From assembly GCF_041886205.1 (NCBI RefSeq), contig NZ_CP169029.1: a stretch of DNA of 64,000 bases; one strand, 5' to 3'. Made by a program: the position numbers and the translations under genes. The stretch comes from Escherichia coli. GTDB taxonomy: Bacteria > Pseudomonadota > Gammaproteobacteria > Enterobacterales > Enterobacteriaceae. Every line of letters begins with the position of its first letter. The first letter of the stretch is position 1. This document shows positions 51,099 to 62,800 of this stretch, one piece after another. The notes beneath the pieces are model-generated. The model was given only the letters and a program-made list of their open reading frames with translations. It was not told where the DNA came from and did not search any database.

Positions 51099-51174
51099 TC
51101 CTCTGTAGTTCAGTCGGTAGAACGGCGGACTGTTAATCCGTATGTCACTGGTTCGAGTCCAGTCAGAGGAGCCA
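51099..51174 (+). tRNA. asnW: tRNA-Asn (GUU anticodon)
   Basis: Plus-strand tcctctgtagttcagtcggtagaacggcggactgttaatccgtatgtcactggttcgagtccagtcagaggagcca; followed by two hairpins (about 51181-51210 and 51237-51275). Confidence 0.95.
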
Positions 51175-51626
51175 AATTTTAGTTTTGAGACATCTCTATG
51201 AGTCTCAAAACAGTTAAAAAATAAAAATTATTTTTACCCGGTTACCTTGTAAAAAAGTGACCGGGTTTTTTGATTTCTGTGTTTCGTGCGCTTAATCGAG
51301 TCTCACGCTTCAGTGAGCAAATTGTCCCTCCCCAACAGACATCACGATTCGCAAGGTCAAAAACTCTGTTCCATGAAGTACCGTACAAAGATAAAGAGAA
51401 AAATGCCTTATGCGGGATGTCGCTATCGCGTCTTTATCGGGAAACTATGCGTAATTGCCACTTTGCCTTCTGTAATCAGAAAAAGAAGAACTGGAATTTT
51501 AATAAATATTATTTCTCTGGGAACGGGGGGGTATAATCAATATGACGAGTTGAATATTATATTTTTTATAAGAATTATATGAGATTAAAGAAATCTGCCG
51601 TAAAGACAGATTTCTTTAAAAGATAA

Positions 51627-52343
51627 TTAGAGATTTGCGACGTTATGATAAACTTTTTGTACATCGTCGTCATCTTCAAGGGCATCAACAAGCCCTTCAA
51701 AGATTTCTAAATCTTCTGGGGAAAGCTCAACTTCAGATTGAGCAATCATTTCTAATTCTGTTGTTGAGAACTCAGTGATTCCAGCTGCTTTTAGAGCCGC
51801 GATTCCTTTATGAAGGTCAGTAGGTTCAGTATAAATAACAATGTTACCTTCTTCTTCAGTCACATCACGAACATCAACTTCAGCTTCAAGTAAAATTTCA
51901 AAAATATGGTCAGGGTCTGTCCCTTTAAATACAATCACACCCGTATTGTCAAACATATAGCTGACAGAACCTGCCGCTCCGATATTGCCGCCTTTTTTAT
52001 TGAAAATTGTGCGAACGTTAGCAATCGTACGGTTAACATTTGAAGTCAATGTCTCGGCGATAATCATTGAGCCATTAGGACCAAAGCCTTCATAACGTCC
52101 CTGCACGAACGTTTCATCTCCGCCGCCTTTGGCTTTATCAATTGCTTTATCAATAACGTGCTTTGGAACTTGTGCCTGCTTTGCACGTTCAATAACGAAT
52201 TTTAAAGATGTGTTTAATTCTGGATCGGGTTCACCTTGTTTAGCAGCAGCATAGATTTCTACACCGAATTTTGCATAAATTTTAGACGTTGCACCGTCTT
52301 TAGCCGTTTTTTTAGCAACAATATTGGCCCATTTACGTCCCAC
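51627..52343 (-). CDS. yeeN: YebC/PmpR-family transcriptional regulator YeeN
   Basis: 238 aa; [42 protein letters not shown]. Confidence 0.9.
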
Positions 52344-52685
52344 TGGAATGATCTCCTCGAAAATTTATTTACATTACTGGTAAATCGTTAACATGTGTTA
52401 ATTCAGCATATTATATCATAACAGGAAAAATCTCGTCTATTAGAAATAAAAATATTCTAAAGCCATAATCTTATATTTAATTTTATAAAAACTTATATTG
52501 TTGGCGGGATTTTTTATAATTGTGTTTTGAAAGCATACTTGCTTTTAATATGTGGAAATCATTAAGACGATAATAAAACTCGTATCCGCCCAAGGAAGCA
52601 AACAGCCCACGATTATTGCAGGCTATTTGCCAGGTGTCTTACTTACTCCTTCACATCTATTTCTGATAAGAAGGTTCAGAACTTA

Positions 52686-54140
52686 TTATCGGAACGGCGG
52701 CTCATTAAAGGTTCGTAATTTACGCGAATGCAGTCGGTCGCCTTCTGCGCGCAGCAAATCGATCGCCCGAATGCCAATTTGCAGATGTTCGGAAATAGCG
52801 CCTTCATAAAAACGGTTAGCCTGGCCGGGAAGTTTAATCTCGCCATGCAACGGTTTATCTGAAACACACAGTAGTGTCCCGTATGGCACGCGGAAACGAT
52901 ATCCTTGCGCGGCAATGGTTGCACTTTCCATATCAATTGCTACGGCCCGGCTTAAGTTAAAACGAAGTGCAGAAGCTGAGTAACGTAATTCCCAGTTCCT
53001 GTCATCTGTGGTTACCACAGTACCAGTACGTAGCCGCTGTTTGACTTCCTCACCGGGCCTGCCGCTCACCAGCTTGGTGGCGTCATAAAGCGCACGTTGC
53101 ACTTCAGCAATGCTCGGAATAGGAATATCGGGCGGCAGAACCGCATCAAGAACGTGGTCATCGCGTAAATAAGCGTGTGCAAGTACATAATCGCCAATGG
53201 CCTGACTTTCACGTAATCCGCCACAGTGACCAATCATCAACCAGACATCCGGGCGTAGCACTGCCAGATGATCGCAGATGGTTTTAGCATTTGACGGTCC
53301 CACGCCAATATTCACCAGAGTAATACCCTGACCATCGGCGGTAATTAAATGCCATGCTGGCATCTGATGTTTTTTCCATGCAAGGTCGGAAATGGCTTCT
53401 TCTGGCGCTTCGGTTTCGGCGGTGATCCAGTTCCCGCCAGCACAAGAAAGGGCAATGTAGGGACTATCAGGATCGAGGATCTGGCTGCATCCCCAACGAA
53501 CGAATTCATCCACATAACGTGTGTAGTTGGTAAACAAGACGAACGGCTGAAAATGTTCAACTGGCGTACCGGTATAATGGCGCAACCGTGCGAGGGAAAA
53601 ATCGACGCGGCGCGCATCAAAATGCGATAGCGGGGAGAATTCAGTTGGATGATAAATGCCGTCTGCAGTTTCATCGCCAATTTGCGCCAGTTCTGTTGTC
53701 GGGAAGTAGCGAGTTAACCCAGCGCTCATTGAGCGATCAAGTGTCAATTCAGAGCCATCGATGACATAAGGATAAGGGATTTCATGCTGCGAGGGTTGCA
53801 CTGAGATATGCGCACCATAATCCTGATACAGCAACGTAAGTTGTTCATTAAGATACGAACGAAAGAGAGTAGGGCGAGTAATCGTGGTGGTGTAGCTGCC
53901 TGCGTGGGTAAAGCGACCAAATGCGCGCGTTTTGGGGGGATTGGTTGTGCTACCGTCCCAGGTTACGGTCAGTGATGGATAGACAAAAAGACCTTGTTTG
54001 CGGGCGTTTTCATCAGGTAATTCGCCACTTGTAATATAGTTGCCAATGGCGTTGCGTAATGCGACTACAGATTGCTCATACAGCGCGTCGAGTTTATCCA
54101 GTGCCTGAGCTGGGGTCAGGCCGGAGCCCTTATTATTCAT
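52686..54140 (-). CDS. amn: AMP nucleosidase
   Basis: 484 aa from MNNKGSGLTPAQALDKLDALYEQSVVALRNAIGNY; the longer ORF-track N-terminal extension is rejected. Confidence 0.95.
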   Translation of the reverse strand: MNNKGSGLTPAQALDKLDALYEQSVVALRNAIGNYITSGELPDENARKQGLFVYPSLTVTWDGSTTNPPKTRAFGRFTHAGSYTTTITRPTLFRSYLNEQLTLLYQDYGAHISVQPSQHEIPYPYVIDGSELTLDRSMSAGLTRYFPTTELAQIGDETADGIYHPTEFSPLSHFDARRVDFSLARLRHYTGTPVEHFQPFVLFTNYTRYVDEFVRWGCSQILDPDSPYIALSCAGGNWITAETEAPEEAISDLAWKKHQMPAWHLITADGQGITLVNIGVGPSNAKTICDHLAVLRPDVWLMIGHCGGLRESQAIGDYVLAHAYLRDDHVLDAVLPPDIPIPSIAEVQRALYDATKLVSGRPGEEVKQRLRTGTVVTTDDRNWELRYSASALRFNLSRAVAIDMESATIAAQGYRFRVPYGTLLCVSDKPLHGEIKLPGQANRFYEGAISEHLQIGIRAIDLLRAEGDRLHSRKLRTFNEPPFR

Positions 54141-54241
54141 GTGTGTCTCCTGTTCCATACAATTACCGCACATCCGATAGTATGTCACAGAAATGTGAAA
54201 CAAAAGTGTAAGGCGAAGATCGGATGATCTTCGCCAGGCTA

Positions 54242-55558
54242 TCAAGCGCGTTGACTGTCTTTCATCAACAAAGCGGTCATTGCGGAAATCAGGCATCCAG
54301 CCAGCAAATAAATGGCGACGCTATGCCAGTTCCCGGCAAAGTAAGTGATGAGTGCAGCGGCAATAAAAGGTGTAAATCCACCGCCAACCACACTGGCAAC
54401 CTGATAACCGACTCCAGCGCCACTATAGCGATAACTGGCACCAAACATTTCGGTAAACATCGGTTGTTGCACACACACCACCATGTCATGCGCAATGTTT
54501 GCCAGCATTATGGAGAAGAAAACTATCCAGAAAATAGATTGTGCTTCAAGCGCCATAAAGAAAGGAAATGCGCTCAACGTTCCGATTAACGTACCTGTGA
54601 TATAAACCCTACGGCGACCAAAACGATCGGCAAGCCAGGCAAAACAGGGAATTGTCAGGCAGCTTAATCCACCTACCAGCAAACCAATATTAAGGAAAAG
54701 TTCGCGCGGTAGCCCCATATTCTGGGTTGAATAATTAAGTGCAAAGGCAGTAACGATGTACATCGTCAGCAATTCGCACAGTCGTAGCGCAATAATCTTC
54801 AGGAAAGCACCGGGATGTCGTAACAGCGCTTCGATAACCGGGATGCGTTTTTTCGCGGCAGCTTGATAATGTTGCTGTTGTTCAAATTCCGCGGACTCCT
54901 CCATGCCATTGCGCACCCACAATGCTCCCAGTACCAGTACGATGCTAAACAGGAAAGGAATGCGCCAGCCCCAGCTTAAAAACTGTTCGTCAGTCGTCAT
55001 CATACTGATCAATGAAACCAGTCCGGTTGAAAGCAGTAAACCTACACCGTAGCCAACTTGTACACCGCTACTGTAAAAGGCTTTTTTATTTTTCGGTGCA
55101 CTTTCAACGGAAAGCAACGCCGCGCCTCCCCATTCGCCGCCGACTGCAAATCCCTGAATGGCACGCAGTGTCACCAGCAAAATAGGTGCCCACCACCCAA
55201 TGGTCGAGAATGAAGGAAGAATACCAATCAAGGCTGTCGCGATGCCCATCATCCAGACGGTCAGCATTAACATGCGCTTACGTCCCAGTCGGTCGCCAAA
55301 GTGACCGAAAATGACACCGCCGAGCGGACGGAAAAGAAATCCGACGCCAAAGGTAGCAAATGCGGCGAGCGTTCCCATCGCCGGGCTTACTTGCGGGAAA
55401 AACTCGCGATTAAACACCAGTGCGGCGGTGATGCCATAGAGTAAAAAATCATACCAGTCGACGACGGCACCAGCGAAGCTGCCTAACGCAGCTCGTCGGG
55501 CGCGACTTAACGAAAGCGTCCCTTCATCGGGACGAGTGGAGATGAGCGTGGAGTCCAT
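54242..55558 (-). CDS. shiA: shikimate:H+ symporter (MFS)
   Basis: 438 aa; MFS signature motifs (GHFGDRLGRKRML ... GWRIPFL); conserved position next to amn. Confidence 0.9.
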   Translation of the reverse strand: MDSTLISTRPDEGTLSLSRARRAALGSFAGAVVDWYDFLLYGITAALVFNREFFPQVSPAMGTLAAFATFGVGFLFRPLGGVIFGHFGDRLGRKRMLMLTVWMMGIATALIGILPSFSTIGWWAPILLVTLRAIQGFAVGGEWGGAALLSVESAPKNKKAFYSSGVQVGYGVGLLLSTGLVSLISMMTTDEQFLSWGWRIPFLFSIVLVLGALWVRNGMEESAEFEQQQHYQAAAKKRIPVIEALLRHPGAFLKIIALRLCELLTMYIVTAFALNYSTQNMGLPRELFLNIGLLVGGLSCLTIPCFAWLADRFGRRRVYITGTLIGTLSAFPFFMALEAQSIFWIVFFSIMLANIAHDMVVCVQQPMFTEMFGASYRYSGAGVGYQVASVVGGGFTPFIAAALITYFAGNWHSVAIYLLAGCLISAMTALLMKDSQRA

Positions 55559-55872
55559 AATGATCCTGTTTGTACTGTCTTTTTATAATTAGTATGGAAA
55601 AGGTAACTCACATTGCCGTCGATCTATAAACGAACCTTATGAGACTACCTCGACAGAGCGCATCTGCAAATGATTTTATGGCTGATTAGCGGCAACATGA
55701 AAAATTCGATGGAAGATGAAAGCGCAGGAGTTGCTGGTGTTGTTTAAGGATTAAGCAGAGGACCCACAGGTTAGAGATATGAAACATAAAAGTCCGCATA
55801 TGCACAAAATGGCACCCTGATGAGTCTGATAGACTGCATTGCATTATAACCAGTAGGGAGGCGAGGTTAGGT

Positions 55873-55945
55873 ATGTTTTTAGCATCATTGTTGAGACGTA
55901 TTGCATTTAGTTACTACGATTATAAAGCTTATAATTTCAATATTG
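55873..55945 (+). pseudogene. yeeL: 5' end of a family-9 (heptosyltransferase-like) glycosyltransferase gene, yeeL-like, interrupted by IS66 insertion
   Basis: ATG with SD gggagg; MFLASLLRRIAFSYYDYKAYNFNI is in frame, across the IS and its target duplication, with the ORF downstream of the IS. Confidence 0.65.
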
Positions 55946-55998
55946 GTAACCGGCTCATTTAAACCGTCTGGTCTGTTTCCTCCGGCTCTACAAAAATA

Positions 55999-56676
55999 AT
56001 GTCCATCATTTTTAATGGACACTATCGTATGAAACACCGGACCTGGATCACTGAAGCTTTACGTCTTCACTTTGAAGAACATTTACCCCGGGTTGTGGCC
56101 GGGCGTCGCCTGGGTGTACCAAAATCAACAGTTTGTAGTATGTTCGTGCGCTTTCGGAGAGCTGGCCTTTCGTGGCCTTTGCCCGCAGGCATGTCGGAGC
56201 AGGAACTTGATGCCTGCCTTTACGGACAATTTTCCACGGTACCAGTCGTACGTCCTGAAAGCACCGTTATATCCGAAGCCCCCGTGGTAAAAAAACGTCC
56301 CCGGCGGCCCAACTTCCCTTATGAGTTTAAAATCGCCTTAGTGGAGCAGTCACTGCAGCCCGGAGCCTGTGTGGCGCAGATCGCCCGGGAAAACGGAATC
56401 AACGATAACCTGCTCTTCAACTGGCGCCATCAATACCGGAAAGGTGGCCTGCTGCCTTCCGGAAAAAATATGCCGGCACTGCTTCCCGTGACGTTAACGC
56501 CGGAGCCGGATAATAAAATCCCGGCCCCCGCACAGGAACCAGAGCAGATAAATACACCGTCCGACAGTCTGTGTTGTGAGCTGGTTCTGCCGGCCGGAAC
56601 TCTCAGGCTTAAAGGTAAACTGACGCCGGCGTTATTACAGACACTTATCCGCGAAATAAAAGGGAGCAGCCACTGA
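55999..56676 (+). CDS. IS66-family accessory protein (orf1, HTH-containing); true start uncertain
   Basis: First ORF of the element; stop overlaps the start of orf2 (ATGA). Confidence 0.6.
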   Translation: MSIIFNGHYRMKHRTWITEALRLHFEEHLPRVVAGRRLGVPKSTVCSMFVRFRRAGLSWPLPAGMSEQELDACLYGQFSTVPVVRPESTVISEAPVVKKRPRRPNFPYEFKIALVEQSLQPGACVAQIARENGINDNLLFNWRHQYRKGGLLPSGKNMPALLPVTLTPEPDNKIPAPAQEPEQINTPSDSLCCELVLPAGTLRLKGKLTPALLQTLIREIKGSSH

Positions 56677-57023
56677 TGATATCTCTCCCTGCAGGTTCGC
56701 GTATCTGGCTGGTTGCAGGTATCACCGATATGCGAAATGGCTTTAACGGCCTGGCATCAAAAGTTCAGAACGTCCTGAAGGATGACCCGTTCTCCGGACA
56801 CCTGTTCATCTTCCGCGGACGCCGGGGTGACCAGATAAAAGTGTTGTGGGCTGACAGTGACGGACTGTGCCTCTTCACCAAACGCCTGGAGCGGGGCCGC
56901 TTCGTCTGGCCAGTCACCCGTGACGGCAAGGTGCACCTTACTCCGGCTCAGTTATCCATGCTTCTTGAAGGTATCAACTGGAAGCACCCGAAACGAACGG
57001 AACGCGCTGGAATCCGCATATAA
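56676..57023 (+). CDS. IS66-family Orf2 (TnpB-like)
   Basis: 115 aa; MISLPAGSRIWLVAGITDMRNGFNGLA, characteristic IS66 Orf2. Confidence 0.85.
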   Translation: MISLPAGSRIWLVAGITDMRNGFNGLASKVQNVLKDDPFSGHLFIFRGRRGDQIKVLWADSDGLCLFTKRLERGRFVWPVTRDGKVHLTPAQLSMLLEGINWKHPKRTERAGIRI

Positions 57024-57042
57024 CCCGTTGTAAAGTGAGGAT

Positions 57043-58614
57043 ATGGACACCTCACTTGCTCATGAGAACGCCCGCCTGCGGGCACTGTTGCAGACGCAAC
57101 AGGACACCATCCGCCAGATGGCTGAATACAACCGCCTGCTCTCACAGCGGGTGGCGGCTTATGCTTCCGAAATCAACCGGCTGAAGGCGCTGGTTGCGAA
57201 ACTGCAACGTATGCAGTTCGGTAAAAGCTCAGAAAAACTTCGTGCAAAAACCGAACGGCAGATACAGGAAGCACAGGAGCGAATCAGCGCACTTCAGGAA
57301 GAAATGGCGGAAACGCTGGGTGAGCAATATGACCCGGTACTGCCATCCGCCCTGCGCCAGTCTTCAGCCCGTAAACCGTTACCGGCCTCACTTCCCCGTG
57401 AAACCCGGGTTATCCGGCCGGAAGAGGAATGCTGTCCTGCCTGTGGTGGTGAACTCAGTTCTCTGGGATGTGATGTGTCAGAGCAACTGGAGCTTATCAG
57501 CAGCGCCTTTAAGGTTATCGAAACACAACGTCCGAAACAGGCCTGTTGCCGGTGCGACCATATCGTGCAGGCACCAGTACCTTCAAAACCCATTGCACGC
57601 AGTTATGCCGGAGCGGGGCTTCTGGCCCATGTTGTCACCGGGAAATATGCAGACCATCTGCCGTTATACCGCCAGTCAGAAATATACCGTCGTCAGGGAG
57701 TGGAGCTGAGCCGTGCCACACTGGGGCGCTGGACAGGTGCTGTTGCTGAACTGCTGGAGCCGCTGTATGACGTCCTGCGCCAGTATGTGCTGATGCCCGG
57801 TAAAGTCCATGCTGATGATATCCCCGTCCCGGTCCAGGAGCCGGGCAGCGGTAAAACCCGGACAGCCCGGCTGTGGGTCTACGTCCGTGATGACCGTAAC
57901 GCCGGTTCACAGATGCCCCCGGCGGTCTGGTTCGCGTACAGTCCGGACCGGAAAGGTATCCATCCACAAAATCACCTGGCCGGTTACAGCGGTGTGCTTC
58001 AGGCCGATGCTTACGGTGGTTACCGGGCGTTATACGAATCCGGCAGAATAACGGAAGCCGCGTGTATGGCTCATGCCCGGAGAAAAATCCACGATGTGCA
58101 TGCAAGAGCGTCCACCTACATCACCACGGAAGCCCTGCAGCGTATCGGTGAACTGTATGCCATCGAGGCAGAGGTCCGGGGCTGTTCAGCAGAACAGCGT
58201 CTGGCGGCAAGAAAAGCCAGAGCCGCGCCACTGATGCAGTCACTGTATGACTGGATACAGCAACAGATGAAAACACTGTCGCGTCACTCAGATACGGCAA
58301 AAGCGTTCGCATACCTGCTGAAACAGTGGGATGCACTGAACGTGTACTGCAGTAATGGCTGGGTGGAAATCGACAACAACATCGCAGAGAACGCCTTACG
58401 GGGAGTGGCCGTAGGCCGGAAAAACTGGATGTTCGCGGGTTCCGACAGCGGTGGTGAACATGCGGCGGTGTTGTACTCGCTGATCGGCACATGCCGTCTG
58501 AACAATGTGGAGCCAGAAAAGTGGCTGCGTTACGTCATTGAACATATCCAGGACTGGCCGGCAAACCGGGTACGCGATCTGTTGCCCTGGAAAGTTGATC
58601 TGAGCTCTCAGTAA
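57043..58614 (+). CDS. IS66-family transposase (TnpC)
   Basis: 523 aa; N-terminal leucine zipper, CxxC...CxxC zinc-binding motif (CCPACGG ... CCRCD), conserved DDE region. Confidence 0.9.
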   Translation: MDTSLAHENARLRALLQTQQDTIRQMAEYNRLLSQRVAAYASEINRLKALVAKLQRMQFGKSSEKLRAKTERQIQEAQERISALQEEMAETLGEQYDPVLPSALRQSSARKPLPASLPRETRVIRPEEECCPACGGELSSLGCDVSEQLELISSAFKVIETQRPKQACCRCDHIVQAPVPSKPIARSYAGAGLLAHVVTGKYADHLPLYRQSEIYRRQGVELSRATLGRWTGAVAELLEPLYDVLRQYVLMPGKVHADDIPVPVQEPGSGKTRTARLWVYVRDDRNAGSQMPPAVWFAYSPDRKGIHPQNHLAGYSGVLQADAYGGYRALYESGRITEAACMAHARRKIHDVHARASTYITTEALQRIGELYAIEAEVRGCSAEQRLAARKARAAPLMQSLYDWIQQQMKTLSRHSDTAKAFAYLLKQWDALNVYCSNGWVEIDNNIAENALRGVAVGRKNWMFAGSDSGGEHAAVLYSLIGTCRLNNVEPEKWLRYVIEHIQDWPANRVRDLLPWKVDLSSQ

Positions 58615-58643
58615 ATATCAATACGGTTCTGACGAGTCGCTTA

Positions 58644-59284
58644 CCAATATTGAAAAAACAGACTTTGTTGTCATCCATATTCCCGATCAGATTGGCGATG
58701 CTATGGCCATCTTTCCTGTTATTCGGGCGCTTGAATTGCATAAAATTAAGCATCTTTTAATTGTAACGTCGACAATTAATTTAGAAGTCTTTAATGCGCT
58801 TAAACTTGAACAGACTAAATTAACATTAGTCACAATGACTATGCAGGATCACGCAACATTAAAAGAAATAAAAGATTTAGCAAAGAACATAACACAGCAA
58901 TACGGTACGCCGGATCTTTGCATTGAGGGGATGCGTAAAAAGAACCTGAAAACGATGTTATTTATCAGTCAGTTGAAAGCAAAAACGAATTTTCAGGTTG
59001 TTGGTATAACCATGAATTGCTTCTCCCCTTTGTGCAAGAACGCGTCCCGTATGGATCAGAAACTCCGGGCTCCCGTACCTATGACATGGGCATTTATGAT
59101 GCGTGAGGCGGGTTTTCCAGCAGTCAGGCCAATATATGAATTGCCACTAAGTGAGGATGTACTCGATGAGGTGCGCGAGGAAATGCGATCGTTAGGATCT
59201 TACATTGCGTTCAATTTAGAAGGTAGCTCGCAGGAACGTACATTTTCATTATCGATTGCAGAAAATCTAATAGCAAAAATTTAA
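58644..59284 (+). pseudogene. yeeL: yeeL-like glycosyltransferase-9 pseudogene, central part (resumes after the IS66 insertion)
   Basis: In-frame continuation ...NIEKTDFVVIHIPDQIGDAMAIFPVIRALEL..., reminiscent of heptosyltransferase N-terminal domain. Confidence 0.6.
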
Positions 59285-59305
59285 AGTGAAACAGATATAC
59301 CAATA

Positions 59306-59632
59306 GTGATCGTTCATGGACCCAAAGGTGAAGATAAAGCCAGGGCATTAGTGGATTGTTATAATAATGTCTACCGTTTATCCTTACCACCCTCGATTAA
59401 ACGTTCAGCAGCAATCATAAAAGATGCTTATATCGCAATAACTCCTGACACCTCAATATTACATATGGCAAGTGCCTATAATACCCCTGTTGTTGCAATT
59501 TATGCTGATTACAAAACGCGATGGCCCGCAATGGCCGATGTCTCGGAGTCAGTCGTCGTTGGGCAAAAAATTGACAATATAAGTCTGGATGAATTCGCAA
59601 AGGCATTAAAAAGTGTTTTGGCGAGAATATGA
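59306..59632 (+). pseudogene. yeeL: yeeL-like glycosyltransferase-9 pseudogene, C-terminal part (separated from the preceding part by stop/frameshift)
   Basis: C-terminal GT9 motif (ITPDTSILHMASAYNTPVVAIY); separate ORF 22 nt after the previous stop. Confidence 0.6.
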
Positions 59633-59893
59633 GACAGTACTTATGCATAGTAATGCCGATCTGTTATGAACGGTGGTGTCATCAATACTCTGAGGCTGGT
59701 CAATCATCACAGAAAACCAGCCTTTAGATCAAAGCAGTACTCACCGAAAATGATCATAGTCACATCGAACGCGATTCTGGCGGTGCCGCATTTTTATTTA
59801 TTCATTTTCTGTGAGAGAAGGGCTAGTTCTGTAGAGGGAATGTAAAAAAGAGTGCCCCGAATGGAACACTCTTTAAGAAATTATAACGGAAAA

Positions 59894-62800
59894 TCACAGG
59901 TTTTTATAACATGTCGCATAAGCAAACCCAAGCTTTTCAAATACGCTTTGATCACCTGTTGCCAGGGAAACTACGTATTGTTCGCTTGAGTTTGCGGGAC
60001 TAGATGACCAATACATATTTGATTGAAAACCAGCGTCAGTCGTGTAATGCCCCATATCTCCCCATTCACTGTACAGTGACCCGATGCCTCGGGAACTACA
60101 GTGGTTTAAATAGTTTGCTCTGGGGAGCGTGTAGCCATTGCTGCTGCAAAAATTTTCAGCAAGGCTGTATATCATGAAAGCCTCGCCGGCGTTCACCCAC
60201 CAACTCTTCACACGGATTTCGTATACATAGCTAGGGCCTCCTGATTTTGGCGTCGCCGTAATCCTTTCCGAATTGCTGCCGACATTTTTAAATGTCACTT
60301 TACCGGTAGCATCAACATCGACCCAGGAGGCAGAGCTTGAAAACTCATAATCAGCCGCCGTTTTTCCTGGGGCAAAGTTGTCATTATTCAACTGATAATA
60401 CGCCCCGGTGAACCCCTGCGAAGGGAATGTAGTTGTCGGTAGGTCAGTACCATTGACTGATACTGTACCGCTCATTATTTTGTCTTCTGCGCGAGTGAAT
60501 TGTATTGTGGTACTCAGACCAGCTTGATGAACACCATTCAATACAGGGATCAGCGTTGCGATACCCTCTCCGCCTCCTGTAATAGTGGCTTTGTAATCAC
60601 CGTTGATATTTAGACTGTAATCAATTGCGCTAATTTTTATATAGGGCACGTTAGTACCTGATTGCACAAATTCCATCCCTTCAGAAACTTTGATCGGATT
60701 GCCTGATATATCGTGCAGAACAAGACGTAATTCAGCACTATCGGTATAGTCCCCTTTCAGTGATGACCGATTGCTCTTAAGGACGGACTGCGAGGTGTCT
60801 GCCGGGCCAGCCACCAGCGTTATATCTACTGTTTGCATTCCACCAGCGGTCGTGACTGCGCTTACCGTGACGCTACCTGTCATCGCTCCTTTCACGCTTG
60901 TTGTCGCGATTCCGTTTTGATCGGTCACCGCTGTTAATGACGTTAATGTGGCAGAGCCGCTTTTTAAGGCGAAGTACACAGTGAGACCTTCGATCAGGTT
61001 ACCACTGCCATCCTCAACCGTTGCCTTTAAGGTACTTAAATCAGTGTTGGTGGCGGCGATAGTCGATGGATCAGCGATAAAGCTAGCAACATGGGCGGTG
61101 CTTGAGTTGCCAGTGACTTTCACGGTTGTCTGTGTCTGTATTGTTACGCCGTTATGGAAAGATGCAGTCACCGTATATGTACCGACTTTATTGCTGGTCA
61201 AAACGACTGGAGCCTGACCTGAAGAGTTAGTTCTCACTTTTCCGCCACTTAACGTCGCCCCTTCTGGCGTTACGCTAAAGTTGATGACCTGACCCTCCAC
61301 TGGAGTGCCATTTGCAGAGGTTAGCGTTGCCGTCAGAGTAGCGCCTGTAGGGGCATAGACACCGATAAGCGGACTGGACGCCGTGAGTGTCAGTTTTTCA
61401 TCAATAGCCTCCAGTTGTTTCTCAAGTGAGGCTCCATTCGGCAGGGATGCTTTCACCATATACGAACCGTTTCTTTCGGGCGTCATGGTGACCTCGGCTA
61501 CACCCTGCGTATTAGTAGAGACCGTATTCTGGCTGATGATCATTTGCGAGGATGGCTCTGCACTGAATGTCACGGGTTGATGCGCAACCGGGTTGCCAAA
61601 CTGGTCGTTAACGTGAGCTTTAACTGCTACGTCTTGTGCGACCATTACCTGACCTTCCGGTATCTCCAGACTGGTAATCGTCGCAGAATTAACATCTGCA
61701 CTGGCATTCAGTAATCGCGAGATGACTTCAGTAGGTTTATCTGCCAGAGAGGCTGAAACTGTTTTCAGTCCGACCTCGGTGCTTGTCACAAGAATTTCAG
61801 CGAAACCCCGATCATCCGTTTCAACGCTGGTGCTGCTTAGCGTGACGGAGGTTCCGCGGAAATTAACTTTTATGCCTTCTACCGGGTTGCCGTTAGCGTC
61901 AGTGACGCTTGCCGTCATGGTTGCGCCCTCGGTCGTGCTGACGACGAATGAGTATACAGAGGTTAAGGAGGCTAGTTTTGCGGTACCAGCATCGGCAATC
62001 AAAGTCACCTGTTTCGTATCACTGACACCATAATTGTTCACGCTAACTGTCACGGGGTAGGTGCCGGATTTTGTACCGCTCAGTGTAACTTCAGCCTTGC
62101 CGTTGATATCAGTAATGGCGGAACCGCCTTGTCCGAGAGTAAAGCTTGCGCTCACATCTGCCGGTAGCGTGAATGTCACCGCCTCATTGGCTAACGGGTT
62201 GCCGTTTCCATCAGTCACTGTTGCCTGCAGCCTGGTCATCCCGACGTTATTAGCGATAAAATTGTCCTCGGTAACGTTAAGATTAACCTGTGCAGTGAGC
62301 GTATCCGCAATAAAGTTCACCACCAACTGCTCACTCTTACCGCCAGTCATCGATGCTGTAACAGTATGAGCGCCTGCTTTTGTACCTTTCAGCGTGACTT
62401 TCGCTTTGCCTTCAGCATCAGTAATCACTTTACCGCCATCGCTCAGCGTGAAGTTCGCCTTCACATCTTCCGGCAGAGTAAATGTTACCTCAGTGTTGGC
62501 TATCGCATTGCCCTCTGTATCAGCGACTGTTGCTGTTAGTGTCGTGAGATCGTTATTGTCGGCAATCACCGGATCCTTCGAGGCTGCCAGCGTGATTTCA
62601 GCATTCGCGACGTTCGGCACATAGGTCACTGTTTGTTGCATCGAATCGCCATTTTCGAGGGTTGCCGTCAATTGATAAACCCCGGCTTTTGTAGCGGTAA
62701 AGCTTGCGTAAAAATTGCCGTCGTGGTTGGTAGTATATATAGCGTTATTACTGGGGGTCACGCCTTCACTTGGTGAAACGCTGAGGGTTACCTCCTGCTG

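Larger units (their letters stand above)
55946..58643 (+). mobile_element. intact IS66-family insertion sequence (about 2.7 kb, three ORFs) flanked by 8-bp target-site duplication CAATATTG
   Basis: Imperfect terminal inverted repeats starting gtaacc/ending gcttac; identical caatattg at 55938-55945 and 58644-58651; three co-oriented ORFs typical of IS66. Confidence 0.85.
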
